Positions 17,725 to 27,843 of a DNA stretch of 64,000 nt are shown here, piece after piece. Made by a program: the position numbers and the translations under genes. This DNA is from Longimicrobiales bacterium (GTDB lineage: Bacteria; Gemmatimonadota; Gemmatimonadetes; Longimicrobiales; Gaopeijiaceae), in contig OZ220732.1 in NCBI GenBank assembly GCA_965116905.1, forward strand, positions 512,001 through 576,000, in the 5' to 3' direction. Numbering within the stretch: the stretch's first letter is position 1; each line of letters begins with the position of its first letter. The notes below the pieces were generated by a model. The model did not search any database, was not told the origin of the DNA, and was given only the letters and a program-made list of their open reading frames with translations.

Positions 17725-18511
17725 GCACCCCCTGGCCCGTGTCGAGCGCGAAATGGGGCTGGCACCGCGGCATCGACTCGACCTGGTCGAAGAGGTGGAC
17801 GCCGACGTGCGGGCCATGCAGGCGGAAATGGAGCGGCGTGGTTGCAGTCCGGCCGAGGCCCGGCGGAGAGCGATTCGACGGCTGGTGCCCGCTGGCGAAG
17901 CGATGCAGCGGCTTGAGGAGCGGCACGCTCCGCTCCTGCGCCGCTGGCTACGCGCGGACGGCAGGGGAGATCGGGTGACCAGGCTCGGAATCGGCGCGGC
18001 GGCCGTGCTTGGGGGCGCGGTGGGGTTGGTCGCAACCATCCGGCCCGGATGGTCCGGCACGGCCATGGTCCTGTCCTGGGCGCTTGTGATTGTCTTCGCG
18101 CTGCTGGTCGCCAACCTGGCGCGAGTGGCGAGCCGGCTCTGGCTGCACGGGGATTTGCGAGCCCGGCAGCGGCGGCGGCTATGGGCGCGACAGGCCGGCT
18201 TGATCGTCACGGCCGTTGCCCTGGGAGCGCTGGGCGCCGCGTGGGAAGGCTACCTGGTGTTGACCAACACCGAACAGGTGGACAGCTCGGCGCTGCTGGC
18301 GTGGGAAACCGCCGGAACCATGGCGCATTTCGCGGCTAACGGTCTCGCCGCGGCGATCTTCGGCTTGTTCGGGTGGCTCTCCATCTCGCCCCGACTGATC
18401 TCCGACGAAGAGATCGAGCGCCGGATCGCCGACTTCTTCGCGCGCCCCGGGCCGAACCGACACTGGACGCCCGGGACCCGAGAGTTCCACGAATCCAAAG
18501 GAGAACCCTGA
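17714..18511 (+). CDS. Membrane protein with helical HAAS-like N-terminus and about 4 TM helices
   Basis: Overlaps padR; LVEEVDADV...EARRRAI N-terminus followed by hydrophobic segments. Confidence 0.7.
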   Translation: MPREHPLARVEREMGLAPRHRLDLVEEVDADVRAMQAEMERRGCSPAEARRRAIRRLVPAGEAMQRLEERHAPLLRRWLRADGRGDRVTRLGIGAAAVLGGAVGLVATIRPGWSGTAMVLSWALVIVFALLVANLARVASRLWLHGDLRARQRRRLWARQAGLIVTAVALGALGAAWEGYLVLTNTEQVDSSALLAWETAGTMAHFAANGLAAAIFGLFGWLSISPRLISDEEIERRIADFFARPGPNRHWTPGTREFHESKGEP

Positions 18512-18888
18512 TGTCGTTCATCCAATCGTTCATCCAATCGCTGGGTATCATCCAGTATCCGCTGTGGATCGTCCTGATCCTCACCCTGGTCCAGACCGTG
18601 CGCTGTACCGCCGCCCTGGTTCGCCGGGAAGATCCGGGAAGTCCGCTTAGCAGCCACTCGGTCCTCGTCCTCGGGGCACTGGGAGCCTGTCTGGGGATCC
18701 TCGGGAGCCTCATGGGCGTGCACGTCACAGCCGGCGCCATCGTCGGTGCCGGACAGGTCAGCGCCGCGGTCGCCTGGGGAGCGGTGGGCCTCGCCGTCGG
18801 CCCGTCCATCTTCGGGTTCTTCGTGCTGGGCCTGGCCTCGGTCGGCTGGCTCGCCCTGCAATACGCCGCCGGCCGGGTGTCCCGCTAG
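18511..18888 (+). CDS. Small 3-TM protein, minimal MotA/TolQ/ExbB-like
   Basis: TGATG coupling; LGILGSLMGV...AGAI...AVGLAVGPSIFG resembles the ExbB TM2-TM3 pattern. Confidence 0.65.
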   Translation: MSFIQSFIQSLGIIQYPLWIVLILTLVQTVRCTAALVRREDPGSPLSSHSVLVLGALGACLGILGSLMGVHVTAGAIVGAGQVSAAVAWGAVGLAVGPSIFGFFVLGLASVGWLALQYAAGRVSR

Positions 18889-20078
18889 CGCCCCCCGGCG
18901 TCGGCAGCAACTGCGGCGTTGTCGCTCGCGGCCTCCATGAGTCGCGCAGCCACGTAGCCGTTCGTACCGTCGGGCAGCCGAACCCGGAACCATTCGCCGG
19001 CGGCACCCGTCACACGAAGCGGCGTGGTGCGGTTCAGTTCCTGCAGGATGCTTCCACGGCGCCCGGGAGCGGCACGCAGCCGGATCCCGTCGTTGGCGGG
19101 CACGACCCGATCACCGAGCAGCGTCAGATCGGCCGTGACCTCCGGGAGCGCGCCGACGGGCGGATCGATGAACGGGTACGGGTCGATCGGTCCGCGCCGG
19201 TAGAGGCCGAAATGAAGGTGCGGCGGCGTGGTCCGCGCGTTGCCCGTGTTCCCCACGAATCCGACCGTGTCTCCGCGTTCCACGCGCTGGCCGTCCCGGA
19301 CGTACTGGCTGTCCAGATGCGCGTAGTAGATGCTCGCGTCGTGGACCGGGTCGCGCACCCAGACCACCCTTCCGCCCCGGTTGGTGACCCTCACGCGACG
19401 CACCGTTCCCGCCGTGGCCGCCAGCACCGGGGTGCCGCGGGGCGCGAAGATGTCCACGCCGTGATGCTGGCGTCTTCCCCCGTCGCGCGCGTCGCCGAAG
19501 AGGCTCTGCACGGCGCGCATGCCGTACCCCTCCACCGGGAATCCCAGCTGCGCCTCCTCGGACACGTCGACCTGATAGCGGCCGCCGCGGAGCAGCTCGG
19601 GCTGCACGCGGAGGATGAACTCGCCGCCCCTCCAGGGCTCGTGCACGAAGGTGTGTGACAGCGAGTCGGACGAGATCACGGGCCTGAGCGGATCTTCCTC
19701 GTCCTGCGGCACCCGGAACAGGTCGATGAACAGCTGCGTGCCCTCTTCCGAAGCCAGCGACACGTGGAAGGTCAGTCTGCGCCCTCTTGGTATGCTCAGC
19801 CTGTAGGCAACCGCGGCGGGGACTTCCGGGGAGATGTGTCCGCTTTCCTGGAATGGCAGTGCAACGGTGGTCGGGCTGTCCAGTGCGCCGCGCCCCGCCT
19901 CGGTCCAGTCGCGTCCCAACGCGGTCTCCGCCAACCCGGCATCGGCGAGCCGGGCCAGATACGCCTCGTGGGGCGTCAGGTCGCGGAACCGGTCCTGCAA
20001 TTGTTCCGCCTGCTCGCAAGCCGAGAAAACGACAACGGCCGCGAGCGCCGCCAGCCGGCACCAACGTCGTTGCACCAT
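18885..20078 (-). CDS. M23 peptidase lipoprotein with C-terminal SH3b domain
   Basis: HHGVDIFA, YYAHLD, PPHLHFG; IRLRAAPG...WFRVRLPDGTNGYVAA. Confidence 0.9.
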   Translation of the reverse strand: MVQRRWCRLAALAAVVVFSACEQAEQLQDRFRDLTPHEAYLARLADAGLAETALGRDWTEAGRGALDSPTTVALPFQESGHISPEVPAAVAYRLSIPRGRRLTFHVSLASEEGTQLFIDLFRVPQDEEDPLRPVISSDSLSHTFVHEPWRGGEFILRVQPELLRGGRYQVDVSEEAQLGFPVEGYGMRAVQSLFGDARDGGRRQHHGVDIFAPRGTPVLAATAGTVRRVRVTNRGGRVVWVRDPVHDASIYYAHLDSQYVRDGQRVERGDTVGFVGNTGNARTTPPHLHFGLYRRGPIDPYPFIDPPVGALPEVTADLTLLGDRVVPANDGIRLRAAPGRRGSILQELNRTTPLRVTGAAGEWFRVRLPDGTNGYVAARLMEAASDNAAVAADAGGR

Positions 20079-20100
20079 CAACCTCCCAGGCAGCTTGTCG

Positions 20101-21669
20101 CTACGCGGGCCCGGCCCCCCTCACGCCACGGGACACCTGGCCCGCAAACTGCTCGAAGTTCGCTTTGAACATAGCGGCAAGCTCGGCCGCCGCATCATCA
20201 TACTGATTTCCGTCGTCCCAGGTTTCCCTGGGCAGTAGCACCTCGGGCGGAACATCGGGGACGCACACGGGGACCCGAAGCCCGAACGCGGCGTCGACTC
20301 TCTCCGGCACACCGTCGAGCGCGCCGTTCACCGCCGCGGCAACCATGGCACGCGTGTACGAGAGCTCCATTCGGGAACCCACGCCGTAGGGGCCGCCCGT
20401 CCAGCCGGTGTTCACCAGCCAGGCCCGGGCTCCATGGGTACGCAGCTTCTCCCCGAGCAGGTCGGCATAGACCGCCGGGTGCTGAGGCAGGAACGGCGCC
20501 CCGAAACAGGCGCTGAACGCGGCCTTCGGCTCGGTTACCCCGCGCTCGGTTCCGGCGACCTTGGCCGTGTACCCCGAGAGGAAGTGGTACATGGCCTGCG
20601 CGGGATCGAGGCGTGCGATCGGGGGCAGTACGCCGAACGCGTCCGCGGTCAGAAAGACCACGTTTTCGGGGTGTCCTCCCTTCCCCGACGGCACCGCATT
20701 CGAAATGAAGTGGATCGGATACGACGCGCGGGTGTTCTCGGTGATCGCGCCCGAGTCGTAGTCGATCTCGCGCGTGCTCTCGTCCAGAATCACGTTCTCG
20801 AGGATCGTCCCGAACCGCCGCGTGGCATGATAGATGTCCGGCTCGCTCTCCGGCGAGAGTCGGATCGTCTTGGCGTAGCAGCCACCCTCGAAATTGAAGA
20901 TCCCGTCGTCGCTCCAGCCGTGCTCGTCGTCGCCGATCAGCCGGCGCTCGGGGTTGGCCGACAGGGTCGTCTTGCCGGTGCCGGAAAGGCCGAAGAAAAG
21001 CGCGGTGTCGCCCGCATCGCCGATGTTGGCCGAGCAGTGCATGGGGAGCACGCCCCGCGCCGGCAGGAGGAAGTTGAGCGACGCGAAGATCGATTTCTTG
21101 ATCTCGCCGGCGTAGGCGGTGCCGCCGACCAGCACGACGCGCTCCGTGAAGTTGACGACGATGAACGCGCCCGAATTGGTGCCGTGGCGCTCGGGGTCGG
21201 CTTGCAGGGAGGGGGCGTGATAGACGACGAAATCGGGCTCGAAGGCGTCCCGCTGCGCCTCGTCGATCCGCAGGAACATGTTGTACGCGAAGAGGTCGTG
21301 CCACGGACTTTCCGAAATGACGCGCACGCTGATTCCGTATCGGGCATCGGCGCCCGCCCTGGCGTCCCGTACATAGAGATCGACGTTGTTCAGGTGCGCG
21401 ATCAGGTCTCCCTTGAGCCGGCCGTAGTGACGCCGGGAAATCGGCACGTTCACCGGGCCCCAGTCGATCATGTCCTCGGTCTGCGGTTCCTGTACTACGA
21501 AGCGGTCGTTGGGCGAGCGACCGGTGTGCGGAGATGTCAACGTGACGAGACCGCCCCCCTGAGCGATTCTTCCAGTGCCGAGGCGCAGCGTCTCTTCGTA
21601 GAGCTCGGCAGGAGAAAGATTGCGCCGAATGCACCCCGTGGGGGTCAGTCCCATTGCTGTAAGGTCCAC
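20101..21669 (-). CDS. pckA: Phosphoenolpyruvate carboxykinase (ATP)
   Basis: TGRSPNDRF, FFGLSGTGKTTLS, LIGDDEHGW, EGGCYAK, TENTRASYP. Confidence 0.97.
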   Translation of the reverse strand: MDLTAMGLTPTGCIRRNLSPAELYEETLRLGTGRIAQGGGLVTLTSPHTGRSPNDRFVVQEPQTEDMIDWGPVNVPISRRHYGRLKGDLIAHLNNVDLYVRDARAGADARYGISVRVISESPWHDLFAYNMFLRIDEAQRDAFEPDFVVYHAPSLQADPERHGTNSGAFIVVNFTERVVLVGGTAYAGEIKKSIFASLNFLLPARGVLPMHCSANIGDAGDTALFFGLSGTGKTTLSANPERRLIGDDEHGWSDDGIFNFEGGCYAKTIRLSPESEPDIYHATRRFGTILENVILDESTREIDYDSGAITENTRASYPIHFISNAVPSGKGGHPENVVFLTADAFGVLPPIARLDPAQAMYHFLSGYTAKVAGTERGVTEPKAAFSACFGAPFLPQHPAVYADLLGEKLRTHGARAWLVNTGWTGGPYGVGSRMELSYTRAMVAAAVNGALDGVPERVDAAFGLRVPVCVPDVPPEVLLPRETWDDGNQYDDAAAELAAMFKANFEQFAGQVSRGVRGAGPA

Positions 21670-21727
21670 CTGTTATGCCTCCAGGATTCTGCCTGAGTGT
21701 GTTGCGTTCCGGGTCGGCGTCGGCCCG

Positions 21728-24019
21728 TCAGTCCGGGTCGCGCGACAACGCGATAATGTGACGGCCTCGGGTCCGGGCGTCTACCGATGCGATGCCGATA
21801 AGGTGAACGACATCAAGAACGCTGCAGCCCCGCTGGAGAATGTGGACCGGCTTCTTCATCCCCAGGAGAATCGGGCCGATCACCTCCGCGTTGCCCAGCT
21901 GCGCCAGGAGTTTGTAGCAGGCGTTCGAAGCGCTGAGCGTCGGAAATACCAGCACGTTGGCGGGTCCCGTGAGGTCGCTGAAGGGGTACTTCCTGGGAAT
22001 GATGTCAGGGTCGACGGCGACGTCGGCCTGCATCTCGCCGTCCACCAGCAGGTCGGGGGCCAGCCGCTTGATCCAGGCGACGGCCTGGCGCACCCTGGTC
22101 GCCTCGGGGTGGCGCACCGACCCGAAATTGGAGAACGACAGCATCCCGATACGGGGCTCGATCCCCAGATCCTTGACGAAGCGCGCGGCGGAGATGGCGA
22201 TTTCCGCGAGCGTCTCCGGATCAGGGTCGATGTTGACCGTCGTGTCCGCAAAGAAGAGCGGGTCGCGGTCTCGGAAGGTGACCATGTGGAGCCCCGAAAT
22301 CCGGCGCACCGAATCGGCCGTTCCGATCACCTCCAGAGCGGGCCTGAGGATCTGGGGATAGTTGGAATCGATGCCCGCGACCATCGCGTCGGCGTCACCG
22401 GCGCCAACCATCATCGCCGCGAAGTAGACGGGCTGGTAGGCGCGGGCGCGCGCTTCGGCCAGGGTCAGTCCCTTGCGCTCGCGGCGCCGATGGAACGCCT
22501 CCGCGTACGCGTAGCGCGTATCCTCGACGGCTGGCGGATGAATGCACTCGACGCCCTGCAGGTCGATCCCCAGGTCCGCCGCGAAACGATGGATCTTGTC
22601 GGTCTTCCCGATCAGCACGATGCGCGCCATCCCCTCTTCCACCGCCTGTGCGGCCGCCCTGAGCACACGCTCGTTGTACCCGTCGGCGAGAACGACGCGG
22701 GCAGGCTCCAGCCGCGCCCGCCCCAGGATTCGCTGCATTGCCTCGCGCCCGGGACCCAGACTGGCCTCGAGGCGGCCCCGATATTCCTCCAGATCGAGAT
22801 CGATCCGCGCCACGCCCGATTCCATGGCCGCGCCCGCCACCGCGGGGGACACGTGCAGGAGCACGCGAGGGTCGAAGGGTTTCGGGATCAGGTATTCCGG
22901 GCCGAATTCGAATCCGTCGTCCCCATACGCCTTGACCACCGATTCCGGCACCTCGTGCCGCGCGAGTTCGGCCAGCGCCCGCGTGGCGGCCAGCATCATT
23001 CCCTGGTTGATCCGGCGCGCGCGTACATCCAGCGCGCCACGGAACAGGAAGGGGAAGCCGAGGACATTGTTGACCTGGTTCGGGTAGTCGGACCGTCCGG
23101 TCGCCATGATCGCGTCGTCGCGGATCTCGGCCACCTCCTCCGGGGTGACCTCCGGGTCGGGGTTGGCCAGCGCGAAGATGATCGGATTCGGCGCCATCGA
23201 AGCCACCATTTCCGGCGTGATCACGCCCTTGGCCGCGAGCCCGACAACCACATCCGCCCCCTCCATGGCCTCGGCCAGAGTCCGCACCGGCCGGTGGGTG
23301 GCGAACGGCGCCTTGTACTCGTTCATCCCCTCTTCGCGCCCCTCATGGATCACGCCGGCGCGGTCCGTCATCACGAGGTTTTCCGGGCTGGCGCCCAGGC
23401 GCTGACAGTGGCGCGCCGTGGCCACGGCGGACGCGCCCGCCCCCACGAACACGATGTAGGCATCGCCGATGGCACGACCCGTGATCTCCAGCGCATTGAC
23501 GAGCGCTGCTCCGGCGATGATCGCGGTCCCATGCTGGTCGTCGTGGAAAACGGGGATCCGCAGCGTATCGCGGAGCGTCTCCTCGATCAGGAAGCACTCG
23601 GGCGCGCGAATGTCCTCCAGGTTGATGCCGCCGACCGTCGGCTCCAGCATCTGGCAGAAGCGGATCACCTCGTGGGGGTCCTCGGTGCCGACTTCGATGT
23701 CGAAGACGTCGATCCCGGCAAACTTCTTGAAGAGCACGCCCTTCCCCTCCATGACCGGTTTCGCGGCCAGGGCCCCGATGTTCCCGAGCCCCAGGACCGC
23801 GGTTCCATTGGACACCACCGCGACCAGGTTCCCGCGCGCGGTGTAGCGGAACGCCTCCTCGGGATCGCCGTGTATGGCCATGCACGGCTCTGCCACGCCG
23901 GGACTGTACGCCAGCGTGAGGTCTCGCTGAGTCGCGACCGCCTTCGTGGGGACGACTTCGATCTTTCCGGGACGTCCCTCCGCGTGATACTCGAGCGCGT
24001 CGCTTTCACGTGCCGACAA
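21728..24019 (-). CDS. maeB: NADP-dependent malic enzyme with PTA domain
   Basis: [46 protein letters not shown] start inferred. Confidence 0.95.
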   Translation of the reverse strand: MSARESDALEYHAEGRPGKIEVVPTKAVATQRDLTLAYSPGVAEPCMAIHGDPEEAFRYTARGNLVAVVSNGTAVLGLGNIGALAAKPVMEGKGVLFKKFAGIDVFDIEVGTEDPHEVIRFCQMLEPTVGGINLEDIRAPECFLIEETLRDTLRIPVFHDDQHGTAIIAGAALVNALEITGRAIGDAYIVFVGAGASAVATARHCQRLGASPENLVMTDRAGVIHEGREEGMNEYKAPFATHRPVRTLAEAMEGADVVVGLAAKGVITPEMVASMAPNPIIFALANPDPEVTPEEVAEIRDDAIMATGRSDYPNQVNNVLGFPFLFRGALDVRARRINQGMMLAATRALAELARHEVPESVVKAYGDDGFEFGPEYLIPKPFDPRVLLHVSPAVAGAAMESGVARIDLDLEEYRGRLEASLGPGREAMQRILGRARLEPARVVLADGYNERVLRAAAQAVEEGMARIVLIGKTDKIHRFAADLGIDLQGVECIHPPAVEDTRYAYAEAFHRRRERKGLTLAEARARAYQPVYFAAMMVGAGDADAMVAGIDSNYPQILRPALEVIGTADSVRRISGLHMVTFRDRDPLFFADTTVNIDPDPETLAEIAISAARFVKDLGIEPRIGMLSFSNFGSVRHPEATRVRQAVAWIKRLAPDLLVDGEMQADVAVDPDIIPRKYPFSDLTGPANVLVFPTLSASNACYKLLAQLGNAEVIGPILLGMKKPVHILQRGCSVLDVVHLIGIASVDARTRGRHIIALSRDPD

Positions 24020-24270
24020 TGGTTTCTCCCTCTTTCGCCGTGGCCGTTCGCGGACTGTTGCCCGGCCCTCTGCCGGCAGTGATCCTACCGGGAAGCACGG
24101 AGTTCCGTCAATTGGCCGCCGCGGAACCGTCACCGCGCCCGGGCTCGTTGCGGCGTCCGTGAATCTCACGCGCTCCGGCAACCCCTTTGACCATCACCGA
24201 GGTCTACACATCTTGACTGGTCGTGACGCTCCTGCCCTCCGGGGCGGCCCCTCCCCACTCCCATGAGACG

Positions 24271-26157
24271 ATGATACGCGCCAACGCCCGGTGGGCGATT
24301 GCCACGGTGCTCCTCTGCGCCGCCTCCGCCGACCCGCGGGCAACATCGGCACAGCAGGAATCGCCCGAGGTGTTCGAGCCCGGGTGCGGCACCGCGCGGA
24401 TCGCCAATGTCTTCGTGGACAACCACACCATCTACGAACTGGACCGCGGGCCTTCGGGCGAGGGCGATGGCTGGGCCGCCTTTGTCGACAAGGCGCGTGC
24501 GATCGCCAATCGCCTGCATTGGCGTACCCGGCGGGGCTTCATCGAAAACGAACTTCTCTTCGAGCCCGGCGACTGTCTCGATCCCCTGCTCCTGGACGAA
24601 TCGGGGCGCCTGCTCCGCGCTCTGCCGTTCCTCGCGGATGCGGACGTCTATGCCGTGCCCGTGGCAGCAGACGAAGTGCACGTCGTCGTCGACACCCAGG
24701 ACGACTGGACGCTCAAGCTGGACGTGCGCGCCGAGTTCGACCAGGGCCTGAGATTCACGTACGCCGGCTTCACCGAGGAGAACCTGTTCGGGACGGGAAC
24801 GCTGCTCGGCTTCTACCTGCGGGAGCGCGACGAGACGCGTGATGTCGGACTGGAGTTGAGCACTCACCAGTTGGCCGGCACGCGTCTTGACGGCCGCATC
24901 GGCGGCGGCCGCACGCGCACAGGCGTCTTCTTTCATGAGTCGCTCACCTATCCGTTCGTCGGCGAGGTGGGACGCTGGGCCTTCATCGAATCGTACTCCT
25001 ACCGCGAGGACCTCTTCCGGTACGCCGCCCCAGTCGGGTCGCCGTTCACCAACGTCAGTCTGCCGATCCAGACCCGTCGTGCCGCAACCACACTGGGCCT
25101 GCGGCTCGGGACACCGGGTGATCTCACGGTCCTCGGCGCGGGCGTATCGTGGGAGGATGTCGCGTTCTCCGGGTTTCCGGGCGACGTCACGGTCGTGCGG
25201 GATTTCGACTTCTCCAACCCCTCCCCGGCGGACTCCGCCACCGTCGAGATGGTCCGCTCCCAGGTCAATCCCCGACGCGCTGCGCATGTGAACCTCGTGG
25301 CGGGAAAGAGGAACATCCGCTACATCCGGCGCAACGGCCTGGACGCGATCCAGGGACACCAGGACATCAGGCTGGGCACGCAGGCGCTGATCTCGGTCGG
25401 CTCCACGCTGGGTGCCTTCGAGACCTCCCCGGGCAACGAGTCCCATGAACTTCGCGGCCGACTGCTGCTCTTCGGCGGGGCGGCCGGCGACAGCTGGGTG
25501 TTCAACACCGAGCTCACCGTCGAGGGCGCTCGCCTCGTCGCCGGCAGCCGCTCCGACGGTGGGTTTCGGGATGTCCTGGCGGAATTCGGCGCCTACCTCT
25601 ACTGGCAACCCGGCCGGGGTCCGACCGGTACGGATGACGCCTCGACTCCGACCACCGCGGTTCCGCGCCACACACTGGTGCTGGGCTTGAAGGGCGCGGG
25701 GGGCTGGAACAGCTATCTCCCGTTCCAGCTCAACCTGGGCGGTCCGAACGGAATAAGAGGATATGACCGCGCGGAATTCCCGGCCGCGCAAAAGCTCGTG
25801 GCTCACGTGGAGGACCGCATCACACTCGACGGGCCTTTCAGCGATCTCTTCGACCTCGGCCTCACTCTATTTGCTGACGCAGGCGCCGGATGGCAGGGCA
25901 CCGTACCCTTTGCCGCGGACTCGGAGCTCCAGGGTGCCGTAGGCATGGGCCTGCGTCTCGTCTTTCCGGCCGGCGCACGCAACGTCACCCGGCTCGACCT
26001 GGCCGTGCCACTGGAGCAGGGAGGGCTCCGCAGCCTGCAGTTCCGGGTGGGCTACAACGCCGTCAGCCTGCTGGCGGGGTTCGGCGACGAGCAGGTCCGG
26101 CGGAGCCGTAGCGGCAGCCAGGCCGCCACCGTGCTCGGCGGACGGCCCAACCGCTGA
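24271..26157 (+). CDS. Omp85/BamA-TamA-like outer-membrane protein
   Basis: Signal peptide; POTRA-like ELLFEPGD...ESGRLLRAL; EENLFGTG; LGGPNGIRGY. Confidence 0.75.
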   Translation: MIRANARWAIATVLLCAASADPRATSAQQESPEVFEPGCGTARIANVFVDNHTIYELDRGPSGEGDGWAAFVDKARAIANRLHWRTRRGFIENELLFEPGDCLDPLLLDESGRLLRALPFLADADVYAVPVAADEVHVVVDTQDDWTLKLDVRAEFDQGLRFTYAGFTEENLFGTGTLLGFYLRERDETRDVGLELSTHQLAGTRLDGRIGGGRTRTGVFFHESLTYPFVGEVGRWAFIESYSYREDLFRYAAPVGSPFTNVSLPIQTRRAATTLGLRLGTPGDLTVLGAGVSWEDVAFSGFPGDVTVVRDFDFSNPSPADSATVEMVRSQVNPRRAAHVNLVAGKRNIRYIRRNGLDAIQGHQDIRLGTQALISVGSTLGAFETSPGNESHELRGRLLLFGGAAGDSWVFNTELTVEGARLVAGSRSDGGFRDVLAEFGAYLYWQPGRGPTGTDDASTPTTAVPRHTLVLGLKGAGGWNSYLPFQLNLGGPNGIRGYDRAEFPAAQKLVAHVEDRITLDGPFSDLFDLGLTLFADAGAGWQGTVPFAADSELQGAVGMGLRLVFPAGARNVTRLDLAVPLEQGGLRSLQFRVGYNAVSLLAGFGDEQVRRSRSGSQAATVLGGRPNR

Positions 26158-26240
26158 CGCCAGCCAGGATTGCGACTGCCGTGGGTACGGACGACGCCGA
26201 CCCCAACCGCCGTTTTTGGAGCCGCGCCAGCCACAAACAT

Positions 26241-26269
26241 TTGACTTCAAGCGGTTTCGGCGATAAAAT
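26241..26269 (+). promoter_or_regulatory. Sigma70-type promoter
   Basis: TTGACT-N17-TAAAAT. Confidence 0.75.
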
Positions 26270-26391
26270 GATCGCACTTTCTCCACAATTCGGGGGCCAG
26301 CGCGAAGAGATCCCGCCGCGCTTCGCGACCATTCCGGCCCCGGGATTCGGGGGAGGCAAGGGATGGGCTAACCCTACACAGGAGGACGGCA

Positions 26392-27252
26392 TTGTTCGCA
26401 GCCTCGCGCGGTCTCGATTCCTTTGATCAGTATCTCCAGGATGTGGAACGTTATCCCCTAATCTCGGACCCCGAAGAAGAAAGGGCGTTGGCGCGAAGAG
26501 CTCGCACAGGCGACAAGGAGGCGGCGGAGCGCCTCGTTACCGCCAACCTCCGGTTCGTCATTTCCTATGTGAAGAAGTACCAGGGACGCGGACTGGGACT
26601 CGCCGAACTGGTGTGCATCGGGAACGAGGGGTTGCTGAAGGCGGTCAAGAAGTTCGATCCCGAGAAGGGCGTGAAGTTCATCTCCTACGCGGTATGGTGG
26701 ATCCGACAGACCGTACTGCAGGCCCTCGCCGAGCAGACCCGCTCCGTGCGCATTCCCCTGAACCAGAATTCCAATCTTGCCCGCCTGGCGCGAACCAATA
26801 CGATGCTGACCCAGCAACTCGGCCGTACACCAACGGACCAGGAACTCGCCCGCGAGATGGGCGAGCCGGTCGATACGGTTCGCGCACTGCGCAGAGTCGC
26901 CGCAGCCGAACTCAGCCTGGACGCGCCTCTGGACCGCGGCGACCGTGACAGCGCCAGCTTCGGCGAGCGCTTCGCCGGTGCCGACGCCTCCGAGATCGAG
27001 GAGGATGTCGAGGCCCTCGCCCGCCGCGACTACCTCGAGAGCATGTTCGACTGCTACCTCACGGAGAGGGAGCGGAAGATTCTCTACCTCTACTACGGTC
27101 TCGACGACGGCGAGGAGCGCACTCTCGAAGAAATCGGCTCGCTTCTCGGCGTCACCCGGGAGCGCATCCGCCAGATCCGCAACCGCGCCTTCGAGAAACT
27201 CCGCGACAGCCCGCACGGCGACTCCCTCCAGGGGTTCTGGAAAGCGAACTGA
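26392..27252 (+). CDS. RpoD/SigA-family sigma factor lacking region 1.1
   Basis: ANLRFVISY, KFISYAVWWIRQ, TLEEIG...TRERIRQI; SD GGAGG then TTG. Confidence 0.93.
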   Translation: MFAASRGLDSFDQYLQDVERYPLISDPEEERALARRARTGDKEAAERLVTANLRFVISYVKKYQGRGLGLAELVCIGNEGLLKAVKKFDPEKGVKFISYAVWWIRQTVLQALAEQTRSVRIPLNQNSNLARLARTNTMLTQQLGRTPTDQELAREMGEPVDTVRALRRVAAAELSLDAPLDRGDRDSASFGERFAGADASEIEEDVEALARRDYLESMFDCYLTERERKILYLYYGLDDGEERTLEEIGSLLGVTRERIRQIRNRAFEKLRDSPHGDSLQGFWKAN

Positions 27253-27257
27253 GGATC

Positions 27258-27286
27258 GGGGCCGCCCCGCCCGAGGCTGCGGCCCC
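27258..27286. terminator. GC-rich hairpin between convergent genes
   Basis: GGGGCCGC / GCGGCCCC stem; no U-tract. Confidence 0.4.
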
Positions 27287-27288
27287 CG

Positions 27289-27624
27289 CTAGCTTTCCGC
27301 TCTCGGCGACAGCATGACCATCTCGCGGGCCCTGATTTCGGCCGTGGGTATGGTGACACCGTCCCGCTCGTAGGAGTCGTACTGCAGGTACCCCTCCACA
27401 AACAGCTTGTCGCCCTTGGAGACGTAGTCCTCCGCCACCTGCGCGAGCCGGCCCCACAGGTTCACTCGATGCCAGTCGGTCCGCTCTTCAGGCTGCTCTC
27501 CCCCGGTGCGCCAGTTCGTGGCCAGGGAAATGCGGGCGATTTTCACACCGGCGCTCGTGACGCGTACGTCGGGGTCGCTCCCCACATTCCCCACCAGGAT
27601 GATCTTGTTGACAGATCGGCTCAC
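27289..27624 (-). CDS. ssb: Single-stranded DNA-binding protein (short, no acidic tail)
   Basis: SVNKIILVGNVGSDP, TDWHRV, KGDKLFVEG; GTG start. Confidence 0.93.
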   Translation of the reverse strand: MSRSVNKIILVGNVGSDPDVRVTSAGVKIARISLATNWRTGGEQPEERTDWHRVNLWGRLAQVAEDYVSKGDKLFVEGYLQYDSYERDGVTIPTAEIRAREMVMLSPRAES

Positions 27625-27843
27625 AGTCCGTTCCCTCCGTTGTTGTCGGCTCGACCGACGATCAGGCCTTCCTGACGGGCCCGGTCCGCCGTCATGCCAG
27701 TGACCGTTGCGCACGGAAGATGGGCCCGCCCAATGGGCGCCTACATAGCAGGATGGGACTGATTTCCGCCCGATTCTCGCGCGCGGCGCCGGGAGGACGC
27801 ATCGGTGCCCGCATGACCGCGATGTTCCGGGACCCGAGGTCAG

